From Candidatus Phycocordibacter aenigmaticus (lineage in GTDB: Bacteria > Patescibacteriota > Minisyncoccia > Phycocordibacterales > Phycocordibacteraceae): a stretch of DNA of 64,000 bases. The stretch's first letter is position 1, and the number at the start of each line of letters is the position of its first letter. Made by a program: the position numbers and the translations under genes. Positions 29,905 through 38,430 of this stretch are shown piece by piece. The stretch spans positions 213,691 to 277,690 of the forward strand of contig CP174359.1 of assembly GCA_045401115.1 (NCBI GenBank), given 5' to 3'. Under the pieces are notes generated by a model. That model did not search any database, had not been told where the DNA came from, and saw only the letters and a program-made list of their open reading frames with translations.

Positions 29905-30276
29905 ATGGCAACAACAGAAAAAAAGACAAAGGCAGCATCTTCTCGTAAGAAGAATGAGGCGAGCGGCGAATTGAAACTTCGCATTAAGGTGCGCGGCTAT
30001 GATCACACTCTAGTGGATCAGTCAGTAAAACAAATTATTGACACAGCGCTCCGACTCGAAGCAGAGGTAGTAGGTCCTATTCCACTTCCTACTGACATTA
30101 AGAAGTTTACGGTAAACCGCTCAACTTTCGTCCACAAGGACGCGCGTGAACAGTTCGAGATGCGTACCCATAAACGTATTCTTGATATCCTCAACCCAAA
30201 CCCGAAAGTAGTAGATGCGCTTACTAACTTGTCACTTCCTTCCGGTGTGTCAATCGATGTGAAGACGATAAGCTAA
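29905..30276 (+). CDS. rpsJ: 30S ribosomal protein S10, with a Lys-rich N-terminal extension
   Basis: LRIKVRGYDHTLVDQSVKQI...RLEAEVVGPIPLPT... is the S10 core. Its start overlaps the tuf stop. Confidence 0.85.
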   Translation: MATTEKKTKAASSRKKNEASGELKLRIKVRGYDHTLVDQSVKQIIDTALRLEAEVVGPIPLPTDIKKFTVNRSTFVHKDAREQFEMRTHKRILDILNPNPKVVDALTNLSLPSGVSIDVKTIS

Positions 30277-30295
30277 AACACGCACAACTCTCTAA

Positions 30296-30338
30296 AAAGC
30301 AAAAACACCCCTTTCGGGGTGTTTTTGCTTTTTAGAAC
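30296..30338 (+). terminator. rho-independent terminator after rpsJ (CACCCCTTTCGGGGTG followed by T-run)
   Basis: Hairpin with a T-run. It separates rpsJ from rplC, which are normally contiguous. Confidence 0.6.
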
Positions 30339-30569
30339 CTCACGAGGTATAGTAGCGCCGTACGACACATGAAGGTCCAAAACACAGTAATCCTATAAAA
30401 GAAATTTTTTGGCTACTCATTGCTGGAGTAAAAGAGCTTCCCAAAGGTAGTACTGATAGAGTTGAAAGAGCACGTCTTATTAAAGAAGTACGTAGACGAC
30501 TGCATCATATGAATTCTGAAGATTAAACAGCGTCGGTACTGGAAAATATTTCATCAGTAAGTACGTTCC

Positions 30570-30686
30570 TTGCATTCGTCAGCAACCTCGTGTATAGTCT
30601 CTTCATATCGCTACGTTCCCTCGGGAACCAATGGCCCATATACTGCTCAGTCAGTGTTTGGCGCCATAAGGCGCTATTTTTATTGC
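30570..30686 (+). promoter_or_regulatory. promoter candidate (TTGCAT, 17 bp spacer, TATAGT) plus a leader hairpin GGCGCCATAAGGCGC followed by a T-tract immediately before rplC
   Basis: Good -35/-10 hexamers at 30570-30598. A GC hairpin plus U-run at 30660-30683 ends 4 nt before the rplC ATG, in attenuator-like geometry. Confidence 0.4.
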
Positions 30687-31289
30687 ATGAACAAATTCAT
30701 CGTAGGAATAAAGAAAGGCATGTCTCAGGTGTTCGACGCCGAGGGTAACGTGCATCCGGTAACGGTTATTGCCGCTGCGCCTATTACGGTGACGCAGGTA
30801 AAAAACACTGAAACTGACGGATACAATGCCGTTCAAGTTGGTATTGGTGAACGTAAAGAAAAAAACGTTGCTCAAGCACAACGTCCAAAAGGGCTTTTTG
30901 CTACCTTTAAAGAGTTCCGTTTTGATAAGGCGCCTGAATTTACCACCGGTAATACTATCGATGTATCTGTTTTTGAAGTTGGTGATACAGTAACAGTGTC
31001 AGCAACGTCAAAAGGTAAAGGATTCCAAGGTGTGGTAAAGCGCCATGGTTTCCATGGTGGTCCTCGTACTCACGGTCAAAAGCATACTGAGCGCGCGCCT
31101 GGTTCTATCGGTGCTGCTGGTGTTGCTCGTGTATTGAAGGGCACGCGCATGGCAGGTCGTATGGGCGGTGACCGCATTACCGTGCAAAATCTACCGGTCG
31201 TACAGGTAGATGCTGAAAAAGGCGAGATCCTCGTAGGTGGCGCGGTTCCAGGTCGTCGTGGCGCATACGTTGAGATTGTTTCAAAATAG
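30687..31289 (+). CDS. rplC: 50S ribosomal protein L3
   Basis: Starts MNKFIVGIKKGMSQVF and contains FQGVVKRHGFHGGPRTHGQ. Confidence 0.9.
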   Translation: MNKFIVGIKKGMSQVFDAEGNVHPVTVIAAAPITVTQVKNTETDGYNAVQVGIGERKEKNVAQAQRPKGLFATFKEFRFDKAPEFTTGNTIDVSVFEVGDTVTVSATSKGKGFQGVVKRHGFHGGPRTHGQKHTERAPGSIGAAGVARVLKGTRMAGRMGGDRITVQNLPVVQVDAEKGEILVGGAVPGRRGAYVEIVSK

Positions 31290-31293
31290 ATAT

Positions 31294-32001
31294 ATGGCAA
31301 CAGAAAAAACAACAACCAAAAAGGATCAAACGATGAATCTCACCGCACCGGTATATGATGCGTCTGGAAAAGAGGTGCGCACTATCGACCTTCCAGAAAA
31401 TATTTTTAATGCAACACCAAACGATGCATTGGTGTATCAGGTAGTACTTGCTATGGAGGCAAATGCACGCACGTCAATTGCCCACGCTAAGGGGCGTAGT
31501 GAAGTACGCGGTGGCGGTAAAAAGCCATGGAAACAAAAGGGAACTGGTCGCGCTCGTCATGGTTCACGTCGTTCACCAATTTGGCGCGGAGGAGGAGTGA
31601 CTCATGGTCCAGTGTCTGAGCGTGATTACTCACAACGCATTAACAAAAAAATGCGTGCTCGTGCACTTGCTACCGTGCTTTCAGCAAAACTGCGTGACGG
31701 AGAAATTCTCCTTGTTGATGCGCCAACTCTACCGGATCCAAAAACAGCCGAGGCAAAATCATTCCTTGGTAAATTGGCAAAGGTGAGCGGTTTCACTGCA
31801 CTTGCTGAGCGTCGCAAAAATGCAGCATTGATAGCGCTTGGCGATAAGAATGACACGCTTAAGAAGAGTTTTCAGAATATGGGGAATGTTTTTGTTGAAG
31901 AGTCACGCAACCTAAACCCAGTGGATGTGCTGAATTATCGTTATCTCATTATTACTAATCCTGAAGCGACCCTTGAGACGCTTGCTAATCGCATGAAGTA
32001 A
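31294..32001 (+). CDS. rplD: 50S ribosomal protein L4
   Basis: Contains KGTGRARHGSRRSPIWRGGG. It has a Lys-rich N-terminal extension; an alternative start lies at 31333. Confidence 0.85.
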   Translation: MATEKTTTKKDQTMNLTAPVYDASGKEVRTIDLPENIFNATPNDALVYQVVLAMEANARTSIAHAKGRSEVRGGGKKPWKQKGTGRARHGSRRSPIWRGGGVTHGPVSERDYSQRINKKMRARALATVLSAKLRDGEILLVDAPTLPDPKTAEAKSFLGKLAKVSGFTALAERRKNAALIALGDKNDTLKKSFQNMGNVFVEESRNLNPVDVLNYRYLIITNPEATLETLANRMK

Positions 32002-32008
32002 TAATTAT

Positions 32009-32386
32009 ATGGCACTTTTTGGAACAAAAAAAACACCGAAGGGAACCAAGCGTAAAGCGCAGAGTTCAAAAGGAGCGCTACGCACGGCGCCAAAAGTAAC
32101 GAACGAGTTGCAAAGTGTATTGGTGCGTCCTCATATCACTGAGAAAGCAGCGCAAGCAACCGCACAAAATGTCTACACGTTTGAGGTACGTAAGAATGCA
32201 ACTAAAGCAGATATTGCATCAGCCGTGAAAGCCGTGTATAACGTAACCCCAGTGAAGGTTGGTATCGTGAAGATTCCAGCGTCACGTGTACGACTCCGCA
32301 CTCGTCCAGGATACGGAAAGCGTAGTGGTATGAAAAAAGCGTATATATACCTTAAGGAAGGCGACCGCATCGACTTTTCATCATAG
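32009..32386 (+). CDS. rplW: 50S ribosomal protein L23
   Basis: The PHITEKA motif and the L23 core follow a K-rich N-terminal extension. Confidence 0.85.
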   Translation: MALFGTKKTPKGTKRKAQSSKGALRTAPKVTNELQSVLVRPHITEKAAQATAQNVYTFEVRKNATKADIASAVKAVYNVTPVKVGIVKIPASRVRLRTRPGYGKRSGMKKAYIYLKEGDRIDFSS

Positions 32387-32396
32387 ATAAAATAGT

Positions 32397-33260
32397 ATGG
32401 CAACAAAAAGTAAAACAAAAAACAGTAAACCAACGTCACCGGGCGTACGCGGTACCCGTACCGTGCGTTATAAAAATACGTTGACTGCGTCAAAGCCACT
32501 TAAGTCGCTGGTAAAAGGTGCGCGGAAAAATGCGGGCCGCAACAGTGCTGGGAGAATCACTGTACGTCACAAAGGTGGTGGTCATAAACGTAAACTTCGT
32601 GCAATCGATTTTCTTTTCATAGATAAAATTGGTATTCCTGGACGTGTTGAAACAGTCGAGTATGATCCACATCGTAGTGGTTTTATCGCCCGCATTGTTT
32701 ATAAAGACGGTGAACGTCGCTACATTCTTGCGCCGCAATCTATTGAAGTAGGAGCTACTGTTATTACCGCTGAAGATGCTCCTGTGAAGCCGGGTAACCG
32801 CCTCCCTCTCTCAAGTATCCCCGTGGGTACCTATGTATACAATATTGAACTTAAAGAGCGTGGTGGCGCAAAACTCGCGCGTTCAGCAGGTATGTATGCA
32901 GAACTTGTTGCGCTCGATGGTGGATATGCACAGCTGAAGATGCCGTCTTCTGAAATTCGTCGTGTGCCAGCGAAGGCATGGGCTTCAGTTGGCGAAGTAT
33001 CAAACCCTGAGCACCGATTACGTAACCTTGGTAAAGCTGGTCGTTCACGTCACCTCGGCATCCGCCCTACTGTGCGTGGTAGCGCTATGAACGCCGTTGA
33101 TCACCCACACGGTGGTGGTGAAGGAAAACAAGGTCGTGGTCACAGACGACAGCGCACCAAATGGGGTAAACCGTCAGGCAAAGGTCAAAAGACACGTACA
33201 CCAAAGAAATACTCAAACATCCACATTGTGTCTCGTCGCAAAGTCGGCAAACGCCGCTAA
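32397..33260 (+). CDS. rplB: 50S ribosomal protein L2
   Basis: 287 aa with KPTSPGVRG and the C-terminal block [33 protein letters not shown]. Confidence 0.95.
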   Translation: [287 protein letters not shown]

Positions 33261-33267
33261 CATCTTC

Positions 33268-33295
33268 AAAACACCCCTTCAACAGGGGTGTTTTT
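33268..33295 (+). terminator. rho-independent terminator after rplB
   Basis: Hairpin CACCCCTTCAACAGGGGTG followed by a T5 run. Confidence 0.6.
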
Positions 33296-33296
33296 C

Positions 33297-33555
33297 TTGA
33301 CATCCTCGATTTAGAGGCGTAGTTTGATTAAATACCTTAGTACACTTGGCTTCCTCGAACATTGGGGGACCTGAATGTGCTCCAGGTATTTAGAAAGCTA
33401 AAAACCAAATTTATGGGCATGGAATCTGAGCCTTTGGTAGGACCTTTCAGTGGTCCTAAGGCAACTAATATGACGCTCTGCGCTTCACATTTACGACCAA
33501 TACCATGTGAGTATTGTGAATAAATATTAAAAACCCGCTCTCAAGCGGGTTTTTA
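33297..33555 (+). other. mini transcription unit 1: TTGACA promoter-like hexamer, conserved ~55-nt leader, 36-codon ORF (33413-33523), terminator CCCGCTCTCAAGCGGG followed by T-run
   Basis: Tandem paralogue of unit 2. The small ORF encodes MGMESEPLVGPFSGPKATNMTLCASHLRPIPCEYCE. Confidence 0.4.
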
Positions 33556-33571
33556 ACTGCCTATGTATTAG

Positions 33572-33837
33572 TTGACATGTTTAATAAAATAATGTATTTT
33601 CCTTCAATACCTTTGATACACTTGGTTTTCTCGAACTGCTTGGGAGATCTGAATGTGTTTAAGGTGACTTACAAAAATAGATACGCATACGATTATGTCT
33701 GAACGACTTTCAAAAGGAGTGAATGATTCTCCTTCTTTCCTGCCTTTCTGGTGTGAACAATGTAGCGAATGGCACAGTGGCGGCCCTTGTAACTAATCAA
33801 GACACTTTTTTAAAACCCGCTCTCAAGCGGGTTTTTT
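33572..33837 (+). other. mini transcription unit 2: TTGACA promoter-like hexamer, conserved ~55-nt leader, 33-codon ORF (33695-33796), identical terminator
   Basis: The leader is about 80% identical to that of unit 1 over 55 nt. The small ORF encodes MSERLSKGVNDSPSFLPFWCEQCSEWHSGGPCN. Confidence 0.4.
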
Positions 33838-33846
33838 CTTACCCCC

Positions 33847-33886
33847 ATCCCTCTTGGTCAACACCCGGGTGTTGACCAAGAGGGAT
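33847..33886. repeat. REP palindrome ATCCCTCTTGGTCAACACCCGGGTGTTGACCAAGAGGGAT (40 nt, perfect)
   Basis: Flanks the 3' side of the RAYT gene. The core is shared with the copies at 34656 and 24230. Confidence 0.75.
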
Positions 33887-33950
33887 AATCTACCTTTTTC
33901 CTAGTGGACTGACATGGCTGATACGTAACCAACTGATCAAAAATCTCTTT

Positions 33951-34631
33951 TTATAACTTCGGTAGTTCATCAAGCTCTTCTTCCAGTATCTTCGCGGTTG
34001 AGGTTTCCACAAAGTCTCGGTAGTTTGAATCCGGCTCTTGTTCGAACTGCGCGGCGATGATATCGGCCTCAAGCAGGCCGCCCCAGCGGTTTGCCTCGGT
34101 AATATCCTGCAAGGAAGACCACGGGTAGTCAAAAATCTTATCTTTCCAGGTCTTCAATTCCCGTGGATTCCGATGAATATAGGCGGAAAGGTAGAGTAAG
34201 TAGTTATTGTCCGCAATATGTTTTGCTTGGAACGCGTTTTGAAATATTCTCCCCGAAGCCTCGTATTTAGTATTAAAGTACTTTGTGTAGCCGTTTCCTA
34301 CGCGTTGCATATAGCGCGCGATACCGCCCTCAACCACTTCTTTTACTATCAAATGGTAGTGGTTTGGCATAATACAGAAACTCGTCAGCTCAACCGAGCG
34401 GTTCACAATGACATCATTAGTCTCTTCAGGAGACACAGTGAACCCGTCTGAAGTGGAAAATGACTCAGTGAGCCTAGTGATATGGCTAAAGGGGATAGGT
34501 GACTGCGCATACAGCATATAGAAAAGAAACCGTGCGTAGTCTTTGTGCTCTTTAAAAAGTGTCTGCTTAAAAGCCCCGCGATTGTAAATGTGGTAGTACT
34601 CTCCTGGCGCTATGGTGCGTTGAGCCGTCAT
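33951..34631 (-). mobile_element. IS200/IS605-family Y1 (HUH) transposase of the REP-associated (RAYT) type
   Basis: Motifs GEYYHIYNRG, HUH motif MPNHYHLIV, and C-terminal NYLLYLSAYIHRNP carrying the catalytic-Tyr region. The track start at 34685 is a TTG inside the palindrome, so the ATG at 34631 is preferred. Confidence 0.75.
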
Positions 34632-34655
34632 CCACTCCAATCTATTGTATTCTGT

Positions 34656-34689
34656 CCCTTTGGTCAACACCCGGGTGTTGACCAAAGGG
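34656..34689. repeat. REP palindrome CCCTTTGGTCAACACCCGGGTGTTGACCAAAGGG (34 nt, perfect)
   Basis: Flanks the 5' side of the RAYT gene, in inverted arrangement relative to the copy at 33847. Confidence 0.75.
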
Positions 34690-34810
34690 GGTTGACGGTA
34701 GGGAGGGCGTTTGCTATTCTTGCTGCAAGCTCGAAAGGGTTCGTGATTTAACGTATTTCTTTATAAGGATTGCGTTCACGAGCCCTTTTTATTCGGGTGG
34801 TCACCTATCT

Positions 34811-35134
34811 ATGGCACGATCAATTAAAAAAGGACCCTACATCTTTTATAAACTTCTCAAGAAAATTGAGGGTAAAACTCCTGAAGAAGCAGGAACTATT
34901 AAGACGTGGGCTCGTGCCTCACAAATCAGTCCGGAAATGGTGGGATACACATTTGGGGTACACACTGGCCGGGACTTTACTGACGTATTCGTTACCGAAG
35001 AAATGGTAGGTCACCGACTCGGGGAGTTCGCTCCCACAAAGAAATTCCTCCGTCATGGTGGTCAAATGCAGAAGGCCCTCGACCAGAAGAAGAAAGAAGC
35101 AGAAATTACTGCTGCTAAAGCTGCTAAAGCCTAA
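34811..35134 (+). CDS. rpsS: 30S ribosomal protein S19
   Basis: Starts MARSIKKGPY, contains GHRLGEFAPT, and has a K/A-rich C-terminal extension. Confidence 0.9.
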   Translation: MARSIKKGPYIFYKLLKKIEGKTPEEAGTIKTWARASQISPEMVGYTFGVHTGRDFTDVFVTEEMVGHRLGEFAPTKKFLRHGGQMQKALDQKKKEAEITAAKAAKA

Positions 35135-35149
35135 ATATTTTAAAATACT

Positions 35150-35482
35150 ATGAAGGCAACACTTAAAAATTATCGTCAGAGTCCTCGTAAGGTGCGTTTG
35201 GTAACGGACCTAGTGAAAGGTAAGTCACTCAATGAGGCGCTTACGACGTTGCAATTTAAAGTAAAACGAGCTGCTGATCCAATACATAAATTGGTACGTT
35301 CAGCTGCGGCGAATGCCGAGCAGCAAGGGGAAAAACTGGAAGCGTTAGTGGTAAAAAATATCACCGTTGACGAAGCAACAACACTAAAGCGTTGGATGCC
35401 ACGTGCATTTGGTCGCGCTACTCCTAAGCGTAAGCGTGCCAGCCATATTACAGTAACGCTTGGTAAGAAAATTGAAAATTAG
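35150..35482 (+). CDS. rplV: 50S ribosomal protein L22
   Basis: 110 aa with the L22 core RQSPRKVRLV...AANAE. Confidence 0.85.
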   Translation: MKATLKNYRQSPRKVRLVTDLVKGKSLNEALTTLQFKVKRAADPIHKLVRSAAANAEQQGEKLEALVVKNITVDEATTLKRWMPRAFGRATPKRKRASHITVTLGKKIEN

Positions 35483-35485
35483 TAT

Positions 35486-36166
35486 ATGACACATGTAGTA
35501 CACCCATACGCCCACCGACTTGGAATCCTCCGCGACTGGAAAAGCCGTTGGTTTACCACCGACCCTAAAAAGTATCGTGAATACGTAAAGGCTGATGCGG
35601 CTATCCGCGCACTTTTAAAAAAGCGTCTCCGTGGAAACTATGTCAGTCATGTAGAAATTGAACGTTCACAGAAAGATATTCGTATTTCAATTCACACCGC
35701 ACGTCCTGGTATGGTTATCGGTCGCGCTGGCGAGAATGCAACAAAACTTAAATCTGAAGTTCAGAACTTATTGAAGCGTCTTTCACCAAGTGAAAATCTT
35801 CAGATGCACCTCGATATTATTGAAATCCGTTCACCTGAATCAAATGCAGGTGTAGTGGCCGCTATGATTGTAGAAGGTCTTGAGAAGCGTATGCCATTCA
35901 GACGCGTACTGAAGCAAACAATCGACAAAGTTATGGCGAATCGTGATGTAAAAGGAGTTCGTTTGTCAGTGTCGGGTATGCTTGGTGCCGCATCAATGAG
36001 TCGTACCGAAGAAATGAAGAAGGGTCGTATTCCACTTCAAACATTCCGTGCAGATATTGATTATGCACATGAAGAGGCACGGCTCCCATTGGGTACTATT
36101 GGCGTAAAAGTGTGGGTATATCGTGGTGAAGTGTTTGATGATCGCACTAATAATGCCAACGCATAA
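35486..36166 (+). CDS. rpsC: 30S ribosomal protein S3
   Basis: 226 aa with a KH domain (GMVIGRAGENATKL) and the S3 C-terminal domain. Confidence 0.9.
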   Translation: MTHVVHPYAHRLGILRDWKSRWFTTDPKKYREYVKADAAIRALLKKRLRGNYVSHVEIERSQKDIRISIHTARPGMVIGRAGENATKLKSEVQNLLKRLSPSENLQMHLDIIEIRSPESNAGVVAAMIVEGLEKRMPFRRVLKQTIDKVMANRDVKGVRLSVSGMLGAASMSRTEEMKKGRIPLQTFRADIDYAHEEARLPLGTIGVKVWVYRGEVFDDRTNNANA

Positions 36167-36175
36167 TAAAAATAT

Positions 36176-36598
36176 ATGTTGTTTCCTAAAAAGGTAAAAT
36201 TTCGTAAATGGCAGAGTGCCCGTAAAAATCCAAAGAAGTTGGAAAATGCGGTAGCAACACGAGGAACTACCATTACTTTTGGTTCACATGCGCTTAAGGC
36301 AATGACTGGCGCGCGTATGAGTGCTAATGAAATTGAGGCTGCTCGTCGTGTGATTAGTCGCTCAATTGGAAAAACTGGTCGCACGTGGATTCGTATATTC
36401 CCTGATCGTCCGGAAACTAAAAAAGGTGCCGAGGTTCCCATGGGTAAAGGTAAAGGTGACCCATTCCGTTTTGTAGCCGAGGTAAAACCAGGACGGATCG
36501 TATTTGAGATTGATGGTGTCTCTGAAGAGGTGGCGCAAGAAGCATTCCGTAAAGCATCAGCAAAATTGTCAGTTAAAACTAAGGTGATAAGCCGTTAA
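36176..36598 (+). CDS. rplP: 50S ribosomal protein L16
   Basis: Starts MLFPKKVKFRKWQ and contains GKGKGDPFRFVAEVKPGRIVFEI. Confidence 0.9.
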   Translation: MLFPKKVKFRKWQSARKNPKKLENAVATRGTTITFGSHALKAMTGARMSANEIEAARRVISRSIGKTGRTWIRIFPDRPETKKGAEVPMGKGKGDPFRFVAEVKPGRIVFEIDGVSEEVAQEAFRKASAKLSVKTKVISR

Positions 36599-36602
36599 TT
36601 AA

Positions 36603-36794
36603 TTGCATATGAAACCTACTGATGTTAGAAAAAAGAGTCCGGACGAATTGAAAAAGCTTCTCAATGAATTGTCTGAAGAGCTTCGTGAATTTCGGTTTGC
36701 AATGAGTAGCGGACAAAGAAACAATGTACGTCGTGCTCGAACGCTTCGCACCGACATTGCCCGCATTAAGACCGTGTTGAATGAACAAAAGTAA
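36603..36794 (+). CDS. rpmC: 50S ribosomal protein L29
   Basis: 63 aa with the helical L29 pattern [18 protein letters not shown]. Confidence 0.8.
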   Translation: MHMKPTDVRKKSPDELKKLLNELSEELREFRFAMSSGQRNNVRRARTLRTDIARIKTVLNEQK

Positions 36795-36795
36795 T

Positions 36796-37068
36796 ATGGA
36801 TAAAAAAACAAACACAACAAACGAGACAGGAACCAGTATGCGTAAAACATTACGCGGTGTGGTGGTTTCTACAAAAATGCAGGACACTGTGGGGGTTTTG
36901 GTAAACCGTTACGTGAAGCATCCGAAGTATAAAAAGTACCGTACATTAAGTAAGAAGTACCTTGCACACGACCCAGAAAATACTGCTCAAGAAGGTGACA
37001 AGGTGGTTATCCGTGAGTGTGCACCAATCTCAAAACGGAAACGCTTTGAAGTAATAGAACGTATATGA
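36796..37068 (+). CDS. rpsQ: 30S ribosomal protein S17
   Basis: Contains [30 protein letters not shown] and [18 protein letters not shown]. The start is taken at MDKK, downstream of the track start. Confidence 0.85.
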   Translation: MDKKTNTTNETGTSMRKTLRGVVVSTKMQDTVGVLVNRYVKHPKYKKYRTLSKKYLAHDPENTAQEGDKVVIRECAPISKRKRFEVIERI

Positions 37069-37445
37069 TACAACCACAATCAATAGTAAAAATCGTTGAC
37101 AACTCTGGCGGTAAAATCGGTCGCGTGTTTAAAGTGCTTGGCGGTTCAAAGCGACGTTACGCAGAGCTCGGTGACCGTGTTGTACTTTCTGTGCAAACCG
37201 CTGAGCCACGTAAACAAGTTAAAAAGAAAGATGTATTACACGCTGTGGTAGTACGTCAGAAGAAACCGTTTCGTCGTCGCGATGGTTCGTACATCCGCTT
37301 TGATGATAACGCGGTAGTGATTCTTTCTAAGAACCAAAAGGATCCATTTGAGCCAAAGGCAAACCGCGTATTCGGCCCTATCCCACGTGAGATAGTGGAG
37401 AGAGGTTATCAGCGTGTTGGTTCACTTGCCCCTGAGGTTGTATAG
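37065..37445 (+). CDS. rplN: 50S ribosomal protein L14
   Basis: Starts [17 protein letters not shown], typical of L14. Confidence 0.9.
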   Translation: MIQPQSIVKIVDNSGGKIGRVFKVLGGSKRRYAELGDRVVLSVQTAEPRKQVKKKDVLHAVVVRQKKPFRRRDGSYIRFDDNAVVILSKNQKDPFEPKANRVFGPIPREIVERGYQRVGSLAPEVV

Positions 37446-37450
37446 CGCAT

Positions 37451-37756
37451 ATGAAAATCAAAAAAGGAGACAAAGTGATGGTAATAGCAGGAAAAGATCG
37501 CGGTAAAACCGGGACTGTTTCTGAAGCATTTCCTCAAACAGAACGTGTGACTGTAGAAGGAGTTAATGTACAGAAAAAACATGTTCGCTCACGTGAAAAA
37601 GGCAAAGCCGGTCAAGTGGTTGATAGAACATTGTCGATCCATGTTTCAAACGTTATGATTATCGACCCTAAGACCAATAAACCAACACGTATTGGTCTTG
37701 AGCGTAAAGATGGTAAGCGGGTGCGTATTGCTAAGAAAAGTGGTCAAGAGCTATAA
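37451..37756 (+). CDS. rplX: 50S ribosomal protein L24
   Basis: KIKKGDKVMVIAGKDRGKTGTV is a KOW motif. Confidence 0.9.
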   Translation: MKIKKGDKVMVIAGKDRGKTGTVSEAFPQTERVTVEGVNVQKKHVRSREKGKAGQVVDRTLSIHVSNVMIIDPKTNKPTRIGLERKDGKRVRIAKKSGQEL

Positions 37757-37764
37757 AAAGATAT

Positions 37765-38316
37765 ATGAATACAGTACAGACACAAGTAAAAAATACATTC
37801 GAAGCGCTTAAGGGCGACTTTGGTTATACGAACGCTCTCCAGGCACCACATATTGAAAAGGTGGTTATTTCAACCGGCACAGGTAAAATTGCTGATAAAA
37901 ACAAAATCCAAGTAGTGCAAGACAGACTTGCGCGTATTACTGGTCAAAAAACAGCACCACGTGGTGCAAAGAAATCTATTGCGGCGTTTAAAGTACGTGA
38001 AGGAGATACGGTAGGCTACCAAGTAACACTACGCGGTCAACGTATGTACGACTTCCTAGAGAAATTGGTGCACGTAGCATTACCTCGAACACGTGACTTC
38101 CGTGGCCTCAAACCAACTGCTATCGACGAGATGGGGAACATCACCATCGGAGTAAAAGAACATACTATTTTCCCTGAAACATCAGATGAAGACTTAAAAG
38201 ATGTGTTTGGTCTCGCTATTACTGTGGTATCAACAGCAAAAGACAAAAAAGAAGCAGATGCTTTCTACCGACATATTGGTTTCCCACTTCGCACTGAGGA
38301 AGGAAAAGCCTCATAA
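37765..38316 (+). CDS. rplE: 50S ribosomal protein L5
   Basis: 183 aa with the L5 core (GTGKIADKNK, RGLKPTAIDEMGNITIG). Confidence 0.9.
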   Translation: MNTVQTQVKNTFEALKGDFGYTNALQAPHIEKVVISTGTGKIADKNKIQVVQDRLARITGQKTAPRGAKKSIAAFKVREGDTVGYQVTLRGQRMYDFLEKLVHVALPRTRDFRGLKPTAIDEMGNITIGVKEHTIFPETSDEDLKDVFGLAITVVSTAKDKKEADAFYRHIGFPLRTEEGKAS

Positions 38317-38324
38317 GATATCCG

Positions 38325-38366
38325 GTATTATTTTTACACCACCCCTCGCGGTGGTGTTTTTTTATA
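38325..38366 (+). terminator. rho-independent terminator after rplE (CACCACCCCTCGCGGTGGTG followed by a T8 run)
   Basis: Strong hairpin plus T-run inside the spc region. Confidence 0.6.
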
Positions 38367-38430
38367 TGGTTGGGTTCGTACTATCTCAGCTGTGTGTAGT
38401 TGTCCAGGATGCGCACGCGATTAGGGTTTA

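Noticed and set aside
33731-33913. 60-codon ORF starting after an AAGGAG-like sequence in mini-unit 2 (MILLLSCLSG...), at first glance lipoprotein-like
   Set aside because: It reads straight through the terminator hairpin and into the REP palindrome. The 'signal peptide' has no charged n-region and is too short. This genome shows little Shine-Dalgarno usage elsewhere, so the AAGGAG is not decisive. It is recorded only as an alternative frame for unit 2.
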